A program made the translations under genes and the position numbers. DNA of 53,449 bases, taken from Octopus bimaculoides (Eukaryota). The notes under the pieces are model-generated. The model was not told where the DNA came from. It ran no database searches and saw only the letters and a program-made list of their open reading frames with translations. Where the stretch lies: the NCBI RefSeq assembly GCF_001194135.2, contig NC_068982.1:120615469-120668917 (forward strand), given 5' to 3'. This document shows, piece by piece, positions 37,610 to 50,756 of the stretch (position 1 is its first letter; each line of letters begins with the position of its first letter).

Positions 37610-39849
37610 TAAGAAGAGGAGTGTTATTAGGCGAAGTTGAAAGAACAGTAACTGAAGAACTCAGGAAATACAGTCTATGATGTTCGGAACATTGGGTGCA
37701 AAATGATCAAATACGAAGTATGAATTATCTACTCTAATAAAGATAACACATTGAAATAGACCACACTACCAAGGAGATAAGTTGGTTGTAATACGTAATA
37801 GAACCATTCAGCTTACGTAATGACAATTCACTTACTGAAACGTGTGTGTTATACAAAACCTGAAATATCAATTAGGATTTTTTGTTTATTATTACGAACG
37901 TGAAGTATATGTGTGTGCGCGCGTGTGTGTGTACGTGCGTGCGTGTGTGTGCGTGCGTACGTGTGTGTGTGTCTGAGGTATGTGTGTGTGTGGTGTGAGT
38001 GAATATATATATATATATCGTATGTATATGTGCGTATATGTATAGACTGTTTGAAGTGGTGTACAGTGTCTATATATTAAGAAAAAGAAGGTAGTCAGGA
38101 TTTAGATAAAGATTATTTATTTAGTGCTTTCATCCCTTCGAGGGATTCATCACAAATATTTCAGTTATAGAAAATTCATAGCTTTTATATATATATANNN
38201 NNNNNNNNNNNNNNNNNNNNNNNNNNNNNNNNNNNNNNNNNNNNNNNNNNNNNNNNNNNNNNNNNNNNNNNNNNNNNNNNNNNNNNNNNNNNNNNNNNNN
38301 NNNNNNNNNNNNNNNNNNNNNNNNNNNNNNNNNNNNNNNNNNNNNNNNNNNNNNNNNNNNNNNNNNNNNNNNNNNNNNNNNNNNNNNNNNNNNNNNNNNN
38401 NNNNNNNNNNNNNNNNNNNNNNNNNNNNNNNNNNNNNNNNNNNNNNNNNNNNNNNNNNNNNNNNNNNNNNNNNNNNNNNNNNNNNNNNNNNNNNNNNNNN
38501 NNNNNNNNNNNNNNNNNNNNNNNNNNNNNNNNNNNNNNNNNNNNAAATTGATGACCGATCAAAAGGTTCACATTGTTTTTATCAATTGCAATAAATTTAC
38601 TTTTGTCATTGTGTGACTAACACTATTTTTGGTCAGTTATCATGTTACATATGTGTAGAAAACAGAATCTATTTAAATTGCCTTGGAAGGTTTTTGCCTG
38701 TATGTCTGTGTGTATTTAAGCGTATGTGCATGAGAGAGATGGGGGTGGAGTTGCTTAAGTGAATTTTTTCAGTTATTTTAGTAACAGTAATGAGTGAGAA
38801 CATTATTAATAACGATGCACAGTAGTAATCTGGTTTGATTCATCTGAGAAACTAGTTTTTTGGGGTTTTTTTTAATAAGGATTTCTCATGTGTTTATAAA
38901 TCTATATTTTACGCGTTTAGTTTATGCAAAATTTCTTTTAAAAATGTAGTTCCATTGCCTTCCAGTACTTTGGATCATCCCTTGGGCATTTGTAGAAAGA
39001 TATTGAATCTGCTGTTCCCGAATATTGCCAAATGCTTGCTCAGCGGAAATTTACGTAATTCTTTTTGTATGACGTGTTACCTGTGCAAAGAGAATTGCAA
39101 TTGGGCAGGTTATGCAGTATATTAGAATCTGTGTCTTGCAGATCATATCTGCATCTATTTGGAAGAAGAACCCGCTTTTAAATTTTACTAGGAAACCAAT
39201 GTCTCAAACCAAATCTCCTAAAGTTTACCACATACATTCTTACAAATACATACACGAGCATATAGATTCAAAATAAACAATGAACATCTCAATCACTACC
39301 AAAACATCCTGTTCCCGACCCCCCCCCCAAAAAAAACAAGTACAACACGAAATTTTCTCAACTANNNNNNNNNNNNNNNNNNNNNNNNNNNNNNNNNNNN
39401 NNNNNNNNNNNNNNNNNNNNNNNNNNNNNNNNNNNNNNNNNNNNNNNNNNNNNNNNNNNNNNNNNNNNNNNNNNNNNNNNNNNNNNNNNNNNNNNNNNNN
39501 NNNNNNNNNNNNNNNNNNNNNNNNNNNNNNNNNNNNNNNNNNNNNNNNNNNNNNNNNNNNNNNNNNNNNNNNNNNNNNNNNNNNNNNNNNNNNNNNNNNN
39601 NNNNNNNNNNNNNNNNNNNNNNNNNNNNNNNNNNNNNNNNNNNNNNNNNNNNNNNNNNNNNNNNNNNNNNNNNNNNNNNNNNNNNNNNNNNNNNNNNNNN
39701 NNNNNNNNNNNNNNNNNNNNNNNNNNNNNNNNNNNNNNNNNNNNNNNNNNNNNNNNNNNNNATATACCGGAGTAAGCACATAAATGTGCAACAAGGTGGA
39801 AAAAGGAGTACTCAAATACCAGAAGTAGAGTAATATGCTTTTAAATAAA

Positions 39850-39886
<37 letters not shown>

Positions 39887-39944
39887 CATACATAAATACA
39901 TACATACATACATACATACATACATACATGCATACACACATGAT

Positions 39945-41095
39945 GGCCGTCCACACGTGACAGAGGAAGACTATTGCTGACATTTATGAACATTGTGCGC
40001 TCTAGGACTAATATTTTGCATTTGCGCCTCTGTTGGTGGCTAATGAGTCCTGCTCTTGACAAGCATACACGACTGTAAACATTGCAAACCAAGCTTTCCC
40101 CATTCACTACACTAGCAGTGCGCTTTCGGGCAGCACGCTTAAATTCTTCGTGCAGAAAACGTGCTCTCACAAAGGTGTCGACCCCCTCCTTAATCTGCCT
40201 CCTCCATCTGTGGTGATGACAGGCATTGTTCTCCCAGTCGGTCTCCTGCGTATCACCGGCCTTTAATGTGGACTTGACACAGTCCTTAAATCGCAGCCTT
40301 GGTTTCTGCCGGGGTCTCTTTCCACTAACAATTTCCCCATATAGCATCTGTTTAGGGATCTTGCTATCCTTCATTCTAATAAGGTGTCCAGTGGAACGTA
40401 ACTAGTGTTTGTGCACCATCACCTCAATACTCAAAATATCAGATTTCCTCAAGACCTGTGTCTTGAGTTTTTAAGGTCCAGTCAACATTCTCAGACATCT
40501 CCGATGAATGCGTTCAAGGACCTTTACATGACATTTGCAAATGGCCTATGTCTCAATATGAGTAAAGGAGCCTTGTCAGTACACATGTACGGTACGCAGT
40601 AATTTTTATTTGCCTTGTGGTGCCATGCTGAGACCGGACACCAGACTGAAGAAACCGGAAGGAATCAGTTGCTCTCTGCAGCCTGAAAGATATTTCATCA
40701 TACAGAGAGCAAGAATGGCTGAATGTGCTGCCCAGGTAGACAAACTTGTCTACCACTTTCAGTATTGTTCCTTGAACCAAGATAGTTGGTTCCACATATG
40801 GATCTCCTGGTGCAGGCTGAATCATTACATCAGTCCTGTCCAGGCTAATGCTGAGTCCAAATCCCTTTCAAGAAGCAGAAATACGACTCATAAGTATTTG
40901 AATGTCATCAATTGTATGAGTGACTAGGTCACAGTCGTTCGCATAAAGGAGGTCACGAATAAGAGACTGGAAAACTTTTGAATAGGCAGCAAATCGGCTC
41001 ATATTAAAGAGACGGCCAGAAGATCGACACCTGACATATATTCCCAAAGAGCTAACCTTAGCAAAAGTGTGATTAAAGCAGCTTTTACTCATGCT
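39945..41095 (-). mobile_element. RTE (BovB-like) LINE, 5'-truncated 3' portion
   Basis: ORFs give GRLFNMSRF..IRDLLYANDC (YADD), VDKFVYLGS, IPKQMLYGEIVSGKRPRQKPRLRFKDCVK and C-terminal CNVYSRVCLSRAGLISH. Ends gtggacggccatcatg next to (TATG)n. Confidence 0.9.
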
Positions 41096-41705
41096 TTTGC
41101 ATACATACACACATACATACATACATACATACATACATACATACATACATACATACACAGACACACACACATACAGACACATTCTTATATATGCATTGAC
41201 TATAACAGGAGTTACATGATGTCCTGGAGCAATTCTAGTTCATATTTAAAATGAATAAGTTCAGTTTGTAAAATTCAATACTTTTTGGACACAAAGGAGA
41301 CCCAGTATCATGAATATAGAAGTAAATGTAGTTTGAGTGCATAGCATTATTGTTTCGCTCGTGGCTATTTCATTTCACTCTACAGACTCGTTAATAAAGC
41401 AATTTTCTTAGAGTAAAGAACCCACATAACAGTCAATAAACATCAGCTACGCAAATATTGGCCACGATACAGCTTTCTATAGCTTCATGGTTCATACATA
41501 TCAACTCATTGATTGGCTGTAGTTTTTTCTATGCTAAGCAGCTTGCTGCTATCTGGTCCTTAATACGATAGCTTCACCACAACTTGTTCTGAGTTACGCA
41601 GCTCGCTTACCACTTCTCTACCCACAGGTTAGTAAACAAACATTGAAGTCAGTCAAGTTTCCTGTAGAAAACTTATGCACATTACACGACACGAAATCTT
41701 GACCA

Positions 41706-41752
41706 CTAGCTGTATGCTAATTCGCCAACAGCGAATTTCATTCGCTGTTGGC
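41706..41752 (-). mobile_element. Possible Helitron 3' terminus (hairpin + CTAG)
   Basis: Perfect 13-bp stem gccaacagcgaat-ttc-attcgctgttggc (41724-41752). On the minus strand it is followed 14 nt later by CTAG|T. Confidence 0.4.
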
Positions 41753-42440
41753 CATGAAAAAAAATTAATAGCAGCTGCTGTTTAAATCAAACATAAACTC
41801 CGAAATGGTTAAACTATTTTTTATGTGCAGTGGATGTTGTTATGAATAAAATAATTAATAAATATTTTATTTGATGACGGCTAGTATTAAAAAAAATCTA
41901 AGGTAAATGTAGTGTAGTCCGCCTACAGTTTATGATACCTACGTTATGAATGTCAACACATCACATTATTTTTATTTCCCGTACATACATATATAGAGAC
42001 TATCGTGTCATGTTTTATGCTTGGTTGGCTTTTCTGACTGCTCAGAAGTGGCAGACTAACCAATAAATTTAACTGCTCTCAAGTTCTCTTCGTGGGCAGT
42101 AGGATGAGATTACCTTTTCTCTGAAAAATGGTCAAGCAGCCTCGAATCATGTTATATATATTTTTGTGTGAACAAAATTATATGTATTTACATTTTCAAT
42201 ACGCAAAGTGTAAAGTGTAATAAACTGTACGTTAAGTACATTAAATTTATTTTAAAATTTCTAATAAACACCGTGCATAGAATGTTTATTGTTACGTACG
42301 TTACAAACACGCGCGAGCACACACACACACATATATGTATGTACGCATGTATGTAAGCAGATATGTGCATGTATGTATGCATATTCGGATCTGTGAACGT
42401 GTGCATGTGTGTGCAAGCGCGAGTGTGTAACTGAATTTAG

Positions 42441-42474
<34 letters not shown>

Positions 42475-42476
<2 letters not shown>

Positions 42477-42650
42477 GAGAATATACAAATAATAACAACA
42501 GACGAGGACAGGTGGTGTAAATAACAAAAGTATATATTAGTATGACGCTCGGGAATACGGAAAGTCTATGACGTTTCGAGCTACGCTCTTCAACAGAAAG
42601 AATACGGAGACAAGGAGAAAAACACGGAGAAAAAAAATTGAATAGTGTTC
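42475..42650 (-). mobile_element. Penelope-like 3' end/pLTR fragment with hammerhead-like core
   Basis: Minus strand tcttt-CTGTTGA-a-GAGC-gta-GCTC-GAAAC-GTC-ataga at 42565-42601; element inserted in (TA)n. Confidence 0.55.
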
Positions 42651-42678
42651 NNNNNNNNNNGTGTGTAACTGAATTTAG

Positions 42679-42715
<37 letters not shown>

Positions 42716-43397
42716 TTATTAGCGACGGGAGTAGTATTAGTTCAAAATAGCAGTCTGTATATCTTACTTAATATTGGTGTACAGAATGATATGTGTGTCT
42801 GTGTGTGTATGTGTGGGTGCCTGTATGTACGTATATATGCATGCATGCATTTATGCGCTTCTCTTTGCCGCCGAGTTAACTTCGTCTTTTATTCCGGGGT
42901 CGATAAAAGCGTACAAAATATTGGGACCGATTTGGGAAGCACAATTCGCCAGTTGTTATTCTTCAATCTATAAGGCAGACCTTCAGTCAAACAACTATGA
43001 CAATTCTGTAGCCAACTTTGTCCTTTTCTTTTGGACAATATTAATAGCGTGAACAGGAGAGACTTAATGCAAGAGCACCTGGTGTTTTTCATAGAACTTT
43101 ACTCAGCTTAGTTTATTGAAAAGCTAATTCCAGTGTTGTTTCACCACATTCTTCAAGTATAAGTTTATTTATGTATTATAAACCCGTTTAGCTTTATTTA
43201 TATATTATATGTCTTTGACAGAATCCAATTTCATATGAATGTATAAATACATAAACATACACACATACACATGTACATCTGTACAAGCGCTCACGTGTAC
43301 ACACACAGACTAGTAGGCGAACAAACGAAGGTAGCACTCAACACTCTTTCCTTCTTTCAAGATGCTTACGCGCACACACACACATATACATATATGC

Positions 43398-43436
<39 letters not shown>

Positions 43437-44076
43437 NNNNNNNNNNNNNNNNNNNNNNNNNNNNNNNNNNNNNNNNNNNNNNNNNNNNNNNNNNNNNNNN
43501 NNNNNNNNNNNNNNNNNNNNNNNNNNNNNNNNNNNNNNNNNNNNNNNNNNNNNNNNNNNNNNNNNNNNNNNNNNNNNNNNNNNNNNNNNNNNNNNNNNNN
43601 NNNNNNNNNNNNNNNNNNNNNNNNNNNNNNNNNNNNNNNNNNNNNNNNNNNNNNNNNNNNNNNNNNNNNNNNNNNNNNNNNNNNNNNNNNNNNNNNNNNN
43701 NNNNNNNNNNNNNNNNNNNNNNNNNNNNNNNNNNNNNNNNNNNNNNNNNNNNNNNNNNNNNNNNNNNNNNNNNNNNNNNNNNNNNNNNNNNNNNNNNNNN
43801 NNNNNNNNNNNNNNNNNNNNNNNNNNNNNNNNNNNNNNNNNNNNNNNNNNNNNNNNNNNNNNNNNNNNNNNNNNNNNNNNNNNNNNNNNNNNNNNNNNNN
43901 NNNNNNNNNNNNNNNNNNNNNNNNNNNNNNNNNNNNNNNNNNNNNNNNNNNNNNNNNNNNNNNNNNNNNNNNNNNNNNNNNNNNNNNNNNNNNNNNNNNN
44001 NNNNNNNATATATATATACATATATACATATATATATATACATATATACATATACATACATACACATATATATATA

Positions 44077-45294
44077 TTGGGTCACTCCATAAATAATGCG
44101 GTTATTTATACTTTTATTTTTCAAAGTATAAAATATACTCTTCTTCATTTTCTACTAAGCTCTTCCATCATTCTGGTAGACTTGCAAAACCCTCTTCCAA
44201 AATTCACTTTTCCGTGACGAAAAATGCCCCTCCAGTACTAATCTGACTTCGTCTACAGAATTGATATTTTTTCCGTCAAATCCAAATGATTTTGAAGACT
44301 GCGGAATAAGTGATAATCAGATGGAGCAATGTCCGGCGAATATGATGAGTGGGGCATCGTTTCCCATTCAAATTGCTCCAGCCTTTGGAATATCATCCGC
44401 ACTGTATGTGGCCGAGCATTATCTTGATGGAATAATACTTTTCGTCTTGAAACCAAAGATGGTCGTTTTTCTTCTAGCGCTAACTTAAAGCGCTCAAGCT
44501 TCTCGCAGTAGATCTCATTTGTTATAATTTGTTTTGGGTTTAAAAGTTCTAAATGGACTAAATCTTTCATATCCCTCCAAACACATAACAACACACTACG
44601 TGGGTGAAGACCTTCTTTAGTCTGGGGCGCTTGACATTTTTATAGACAACCCATTTCTCGTCACCAGTCACTATTCGGTCCATAAAAGATTCGTTCGTGA
44701 GATGTGACAGCAAAGAAGAGCACACATTCATTCTCTGTGCGTGATTAGAGTCGGGAAGTTTGTGAGTAACCCATTGACCCAGTTTTCTGACTTTTCTGAT
44801 AGCATGCAGATGTCGATGAATGGTTGAATGACCAAATCCAAGCTTTTTTGCTAGTTCCTCAACAGTTACGATGGAATTGTGTTCCACTAGGGTCTGCAGG
44901 ACGTCCTCGTCAAGCTCTACAGATCCTCCAGGATGAGGATCGTCTTCTAGGCTATAGTTTCCGGCTCAGAATTTCTGGAACTATCATTGACACTGGTTTA
45001 CGCTTATTGTCCAATCCCCATATACTGCATTAATATTCCTCGCACTTTCCGTTGCGTTGTTGCCTTTATTGAATTCATAAAGCAAGATATGCCGAATATG
45101 CTCTTTGTCACTTCCATTATAGCTTTGAAAAATAGTGTTAAAATCGAATTTCATTCTTCAAAACTTGCACTAAGAATAAGGACAAGGTAAAATTACTATT
45201 TTCATAGGAATTTGATGCAGGTAGTTTATCCCGCCCACTTCATACTTTTAATTCATTCAATTGAAAAAAGCGCATTATTTATGAAATAACCCAA
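44077..45294 (-). mobile_element. Mariner (DD34D) transposon, near full length, pseudogenised
   Basis: ~26-bp imperfect TIRs ttgggtcactccataaataatgcg / cgcattatttatgaaataacccaa. Motifs RIVTGDEKW, HQDNARPH and YSPDIAPSDYHLF give D-34-D spacing; frameshifted ORFs 44567..44887 and 44253..44594. Confidence 0.92.
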
Positions 45295-45339
45295 AATACA
45301 CTCACTCGCGCGCACACACACACACATACACACACACAT

Positions 45340-45560
45340 TCATTTATTTTGTTACTTGTGTCAGTCATTAAACTGCAGCCGTGCTGGGTCAGAGCCTTGA
45401 AAGATTTTAGTCGAACGAATGGACCCCAATGCTTATTTTTTAAGAATGGTGCTTGTTCTGTCGGTTTCTGATTGTGGAACCACCAAATTACGGGAGATGT
45501 AAACATACCAACACCGGTTGTCAAAGCGGTCGCGGGAAACAAACACAATCACAAAGAACA
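45340..45560 (-). mobile_element. Family-2 SINE 3' part
   Basis: acttgtgtcagtcattaaactgcagccgtgctgg...ttagtcgaacgaatggacccc...ccggttgtcaaagc. Confidence 0.7.
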
Positions 45561-47424
45561 CACACGCGCACATATACACCCATTCACACACACNNNNNNN
45601 NNNNNNNNNNNNNNNNNNNNNNNNNNNNNNNNNNNNNNNNNNNNNNNNNNNNNNNNNNNNNNNNNNNNNNNNNNNNNNNNNNNNNNNNNNNNNNNNNNNN
45701 NNNNNNNNNNNNNNNNNNNNNNNNNNNNNNNNNNNNNNNNNNNNNNNNNNNNNNNNNNNNNNNNNNNNNNNNNNNNNNNNNNNNNNNNNNNNNNNNNNNN
45801 NNNNNNNNNNNNNNNNNNNNNNNNNNNNNNNNNNNNNNNNNNNNNNNNNNNNNNNNNNNNNNNNNNNNNNNNNNNNNNNNNNNNNNNNNNNNNNNNNNNN
45901 NNNNNNNNNNNNNNNNNNNNNNNNNNNNNNNNNNNNNNNNNNNNNNNNNNNNNNNNNNNNNNNNNNNNNNNNNNNNNNNNNNNNNNNNNNNNNNNNNNNN
46001 NNNNNNNNNNNNNNNNNNNNNNNNNNNNNNNNNNNNNNNNNNNNNNNNNNNNNNNNNNNNNNNNNNNNNNNNNNNNNNNNNNNNNNNNNNNNNNNNNNNN
46101 NNNNNNNNNNNNNNNNNNNNNNNNNNNNNNNNNNNNNNNNNNNNNNNNNNNNNNNNNNNNNNNNNNNNNNNNNNNNNNNNNNNNNNNNNNNNNNNNNNNN
46201 NNNNNNNNNNNNNNNNNNNNNNNNNNNNNNNNNNNNNNNNNNNNNNNNNNNNNNNNNNNNNNNNNNNNNNNNNNNNNNNNNNNNNNNNNNNNNNNNNNNN
46301 NNNNNNNNNNNNNNNNNNNNNNNNNNNNNNNNNNNNNNNNNNNNNNNNNNNNNNNNNNNNNNNNNNNNNNNNNNNNNNNNNNNNNNNNNNNNNNNNNNNN
46401 NNNNNNNNNNNNNNNNNNNNNNNNNNNNNNNNNNNNNNNNNNNNNNNNNNNNNNNNNNNNNNNNNNNNNNNNNNNNNNNNNNNNNNNNNNNNNNNNNNNN
46501 NNNNNNNNNNNNNNNNNNNNNNATACACAAACATACATGAGACATCATGTTGGACTTCATCACATCTTAAGATCATTTATACCAACGAAATGTACTTCTT
46601 ATGATATGCGTACATTTCAGAGCATTATTCTTTACTTTATTAATCAAGTCTCTGTCTCTTTTGAATATGAAAATTTAAAAGTTAAAAACCTTATAATATA
46701 AATATAAACTGTGAGAACGACCCTTAAGGAATCTAGTTAATGATCCCCTAAGGTAAGTTCTTATGCTATATTGGTAACGGTTGCTACATCCTCTGGAAAA
46801 TTATTATATATATATATATATATGTATATATATACGACGGCCTTCTTTCAGTTACCGTAGACCAAATCCATTCACAAGTCGGCTCGAGCAAAATAATGCA
46901 GTTTAATTAGACACTAAGTTTCATCATTTATCTTAATAGTATTTTACTCGCCGCTAGTTATATTTGCCACTAGGATTTGCTTCCTAAAATCCTTTCTGTA
47001 CATGTATGTGCTTATTTTGTTACTGAACTGTATTTAGACTATGTTGGAACATCAACTTAAAAAAAAAAATAGTAAGCTGTCATCGTCCCCACTATTTATT
47101 TCATTATCCTTAATACATACACGCCCTTAAAGTGATTAACAGTAATGGTGTATAATTATGTACACACACTCACGCAACAGTGATATATTTGTAGTGGAAC
47201 TTGTAAAGCCACTTAGATTTTAGTACTCAACGTATTATTTCCAACTGGACACATGCTTTATTAAAACAATGAGTCCAAGCTTCCAAGGTTTTGAGGAGTG
47301 TGGTATCACTTCTTAGCCACTATTTTTCCAAGGTCTAATTAGATTTAATGTAGTAGCACCTATCAGGGGCCCAGTTATGGGTTAATTAGCAAGTTAGTCG
47401 GGGAGAAGGAGTACGTTAGCGGTA

Positions 47425-47990
47425 GAGGGAGGTAACCCATCTAGTGGGAGGAACACCTTGATTCCAAACCTCCATTGCCTTACGGCCATACTCTGCCTTG
47501 GGAAAGATTTCAGGGGTGATCCCCGAGGAAAATTGGTAGTCGGAACCTCCGAGGCAGTTTGACGTTCTCTACAACCTCGTGCGGCAACTCCTGTGAGGAC
47601 GACAGTGCCAAAATATAACGGTCATGCTGTTCCTTTCGCTCTATCAGTAATGTGGAGAGGGGAAACACATTACACGTGCAACAACCTAACCTCCATACCA
47701 TCCTGCCCAAGTTTGGATCCTATAAAATACTTTAGACTGATTCTATAGAACAGGACAACACACCGGAGGGGTCACGCCGGCCTCGCCTACACGTGAACTC
47801 AACAGTCAGTGCAGCAGTTGCCGATTATAAGTCATCACTTCAACTCGAACAGTAAAGGACAACCCCAAAGTGTGGCTTGTGTGACAGAGACTGCCATCTG
47901 CGCAACGGACTGTTCAGCTACAGTCAACGTTGTTCCAGTAGGGCAGACAACCATGATCTTCATCCATAGACATTAACTTTAGACGGGCGA
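47425..47990 (+). mobile_element. Internally deleted RTE derivative (5'UTR fused to C-terminal zinc finger)
   Basis: RTE-type 5'UTR gggaggtaacccatctagtgggagg..ctgattccaaacctcc.ctgccttacggccatac at 47425-47760, then KCGLCDRDCHLRNGLFSYSQRC (RTE C-terminal C2H2-like) at ~47870-47935. Confidence 0.65.
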
Positions 47991-48152
47991 TTTATGGACC
48001 AAGGAAGGCATTAAGTTTTGCATGAGAACACCTCAAGGACTGAGATATTATTCTTTATATGCCTATCAGCAGAGTAAAGCGTAAAAATACTAACATTCAT
48101 GGTGATTATGACGGCGTAAGGAAAAGAGTGAACAACGTTCACGTGACAGACG

Positions 48153-48239
48153 ATAGGATCCAAATTTGAGCAGTGTGGTATGGAGGACAGGTTGCTGCAC
48201 ATGCAATGTGTTCCCCCTCTCTACATCACTGACGTAAAG
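48153..48239 (-). mobile_element. Inverted copy of the RTE 5'UTR segment 47632-47723
   Basis: Reverse complement cagtgatgtagagagggg.aacacattgcatgtgcagcaacct..cctccatacca..ctgc.caa.tttggatcctat matches 47645-47723. Confidence 0.7.
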
Positions 48240-48299
48240 AGTATGTATACTACATGGCTGAGTATGTATGCTACAATTCTTCGAAAGTTTCCAGAAGAG

Positions 48300-48780
48300 C
48301 CTATGCTAGTTTTTTTAAATCTAAGGAGAAATTACAGGACACAGACTCATTAAACCTAATATTTTATACGTTACACTGAACCTCTCCTATTGTCCTTACT
48401 ACATATAGCTAAACATAGACGGATCATTGAACATCATACGTATGAATTCTCTCCGGCCTCTCAAGAAATATAACCAAACAGTTATTACACAACATATCCC
48501 ATAAGCCTTTCTCCTAAAAATTCCCTAATGCAACAGCCTTGCTACATCGATGCAGCAGAGGCGATTATGTAGAAAACATCTCTTACATAGAATTCTCCCA
48601 TCCTAGACCACAAGCACACCGACACAGCAATACAAAAGAAATATAGACATATTACGTGGTTCATGCACCCATGTAGTATCGATATAACTGCTCTTAACTT
48701 TGAACTGTACTTAGTCACATCTAACTTCTACAAGCTCCGTGAAAACAATAAGTATACTCCAAGCAGCTGAAACTGCGGCA
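48300..48780 (+). mobile_element. Penelope-like RT C-terminal/linker relic
   Basis: Translations ITKQLLHNISH...DYVENISY and RHITWFMHPCSIDI resemble IIKQLP.SI..R and RKIIWFNPPYS of PLEs. Confidence 0.55.
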
Positions 48781-49585
48781 ACACCAACAACCAAGCAATA
48801 AATGCTTAGCTAACAATATCGATTACAAATATACAATTAACATTAATAACATATCTAAAGGCTAAATAGATATGATTTCCAACCTTTTGTAATTAATGTT
48901 AGTTCATTGAAGTAGGTTTATTTATTTATTTTTCTCAGATAATGTAGCTTTCCACGTAAGCTATTGAGTTAGTGTTATGAATCGTTAACATCCACTGAAG
49001 AGAAACAAAGTATGTGGAATTTCCATACATTTTACACAATATCTTCATAACTTTGATAACTTTGATATGGGCCCAGGCCATATCTAACTTAAGAGCACCA
49101 CCTGAAGTCTTTTAGTCATATATGGGGCACCATGGCCCACTCTAGCAATGAGTTATTATTGTTGGAGACATATTCAGGTGTAGGAGTTTGATCCGGGATT
49201 TTTTGAAAAAGTTTGTTCAGAGGACTTTTGAATAAGATGTAGTAAGTTAACAATTATTATTCTGCTTACATAATGTAAATTCGGCATAATCTGTTGAGTA
49301 GGATTTCCTTCCATGTTTTCTAAGCACATGCGTATACATATAACACTAGCTATGGCTAACGTTAGACGAAACAGACTTCAATATATGCGTAGTCATTGTC
49401 AATAATTCAAATGTCTCATTGTGTATGCGCGCGCGTACACACACGTTTCTGTGCATTTGAATGTGTGATGTGTCTACTGTGTGTATGTACATACACACAC
49501 ACACACACAAGCTCAAATAAATGAATTTGTACATACATTAACACACACACACACTCACATATATATACATATACAGATATACATA

Positions 49586-49693
<108 letters not shown>

Positions 49694-49817
49694 CATATAT
49701 ACATATGTACATATATAATATACTCCACTCTTTAGATTTGTACTGTTATTTGCTCATATAAACTTTCATTAGTTCTCTCATTATTTACATCTTATATGTG
49801 TATGTGTGTATATGCGC

Positions 49818-49848
<31 letters not shown>

Positions 49849-50756
49849 TGTGTGTGTTTGTGTGTGTGTGTGTGTGTACATTAACATATATATAAAGCGT
49901 GGGTGGGTTTTAAGAAGTTTGCTTCNNNNNNNNNNNNNNNNNNNNNNNNNNNNNNNNNNNNNNNNNNNNNNNNNNNNNNNNNNNNNNNNNNNNNNNNNNN
50001 NNNNNNNNNNNNNNNNNNNNNNNNNNNNNNNNNNNNNNNNNNNNNNNNNNNNNNNNNNNNNNNNNNNNNNNNNNNNNNNNNNNNNNNNNNNNNNNNNNNN
50101 NNNNNNNNNNNNNNNNNNNNNNNNNNNNNNNNNNNNNNNNNNNNNNNNNNNNNNNNNNNNNNNNNNNNNNNNNNNNNNNNNNNNNNNNNNNNNNNNNNNN
50201 NNNNNNNNNNNNNNNNNNNNNNNNNNNNNNNNNNNNNNNNNNNNNNNNNNNNNNNNNNNNNNNNNNNNNNNNNNNNNNNNNNNNNNNNNNNNNNNNNNNN
50301 NNNNNNNNNNNNNNNNNNNNNNNNNNNNNNNNNNNNNNNNNNNNNNNNNNNNNNNNNNNNNNNNNNNNNNNNNNNNNNNNNNNNNNNNNNNNNNNNNNNN
50401 NNNNNNNNNNNNNNNNNNNNNNNNNNNNNNNNNNNNNNNNNNNNNNNNNNNNNNNNNNNNNNNNNNNNNNNNNNNNNNNNNNNNNNNNNNNNNNNNNNNN
50501 NNNNNNNNNNNNNNNNNNNNNNNNNNNNNNNNNNNNNNNNNNNNNNNNNNNNNNNNNNNNNNNNNNNNNNNNNNNNNNNNNNNNNNNNNNNNNNNNNNNN
50601 NNNNNNNNNNNNNNNNNNNNNNNNNNNNNNNNNNNNNNNNNNNNNNNNNNNNNNNNNNNNNNNNNNNNNNNNNNNNNNNNNNNNNNNNNNNNNNNNNNNN
50701 NNNNNNNNNNNNNNNNNNNNNNNATACATACATAAAGATATCTTGAAATACTAAAG

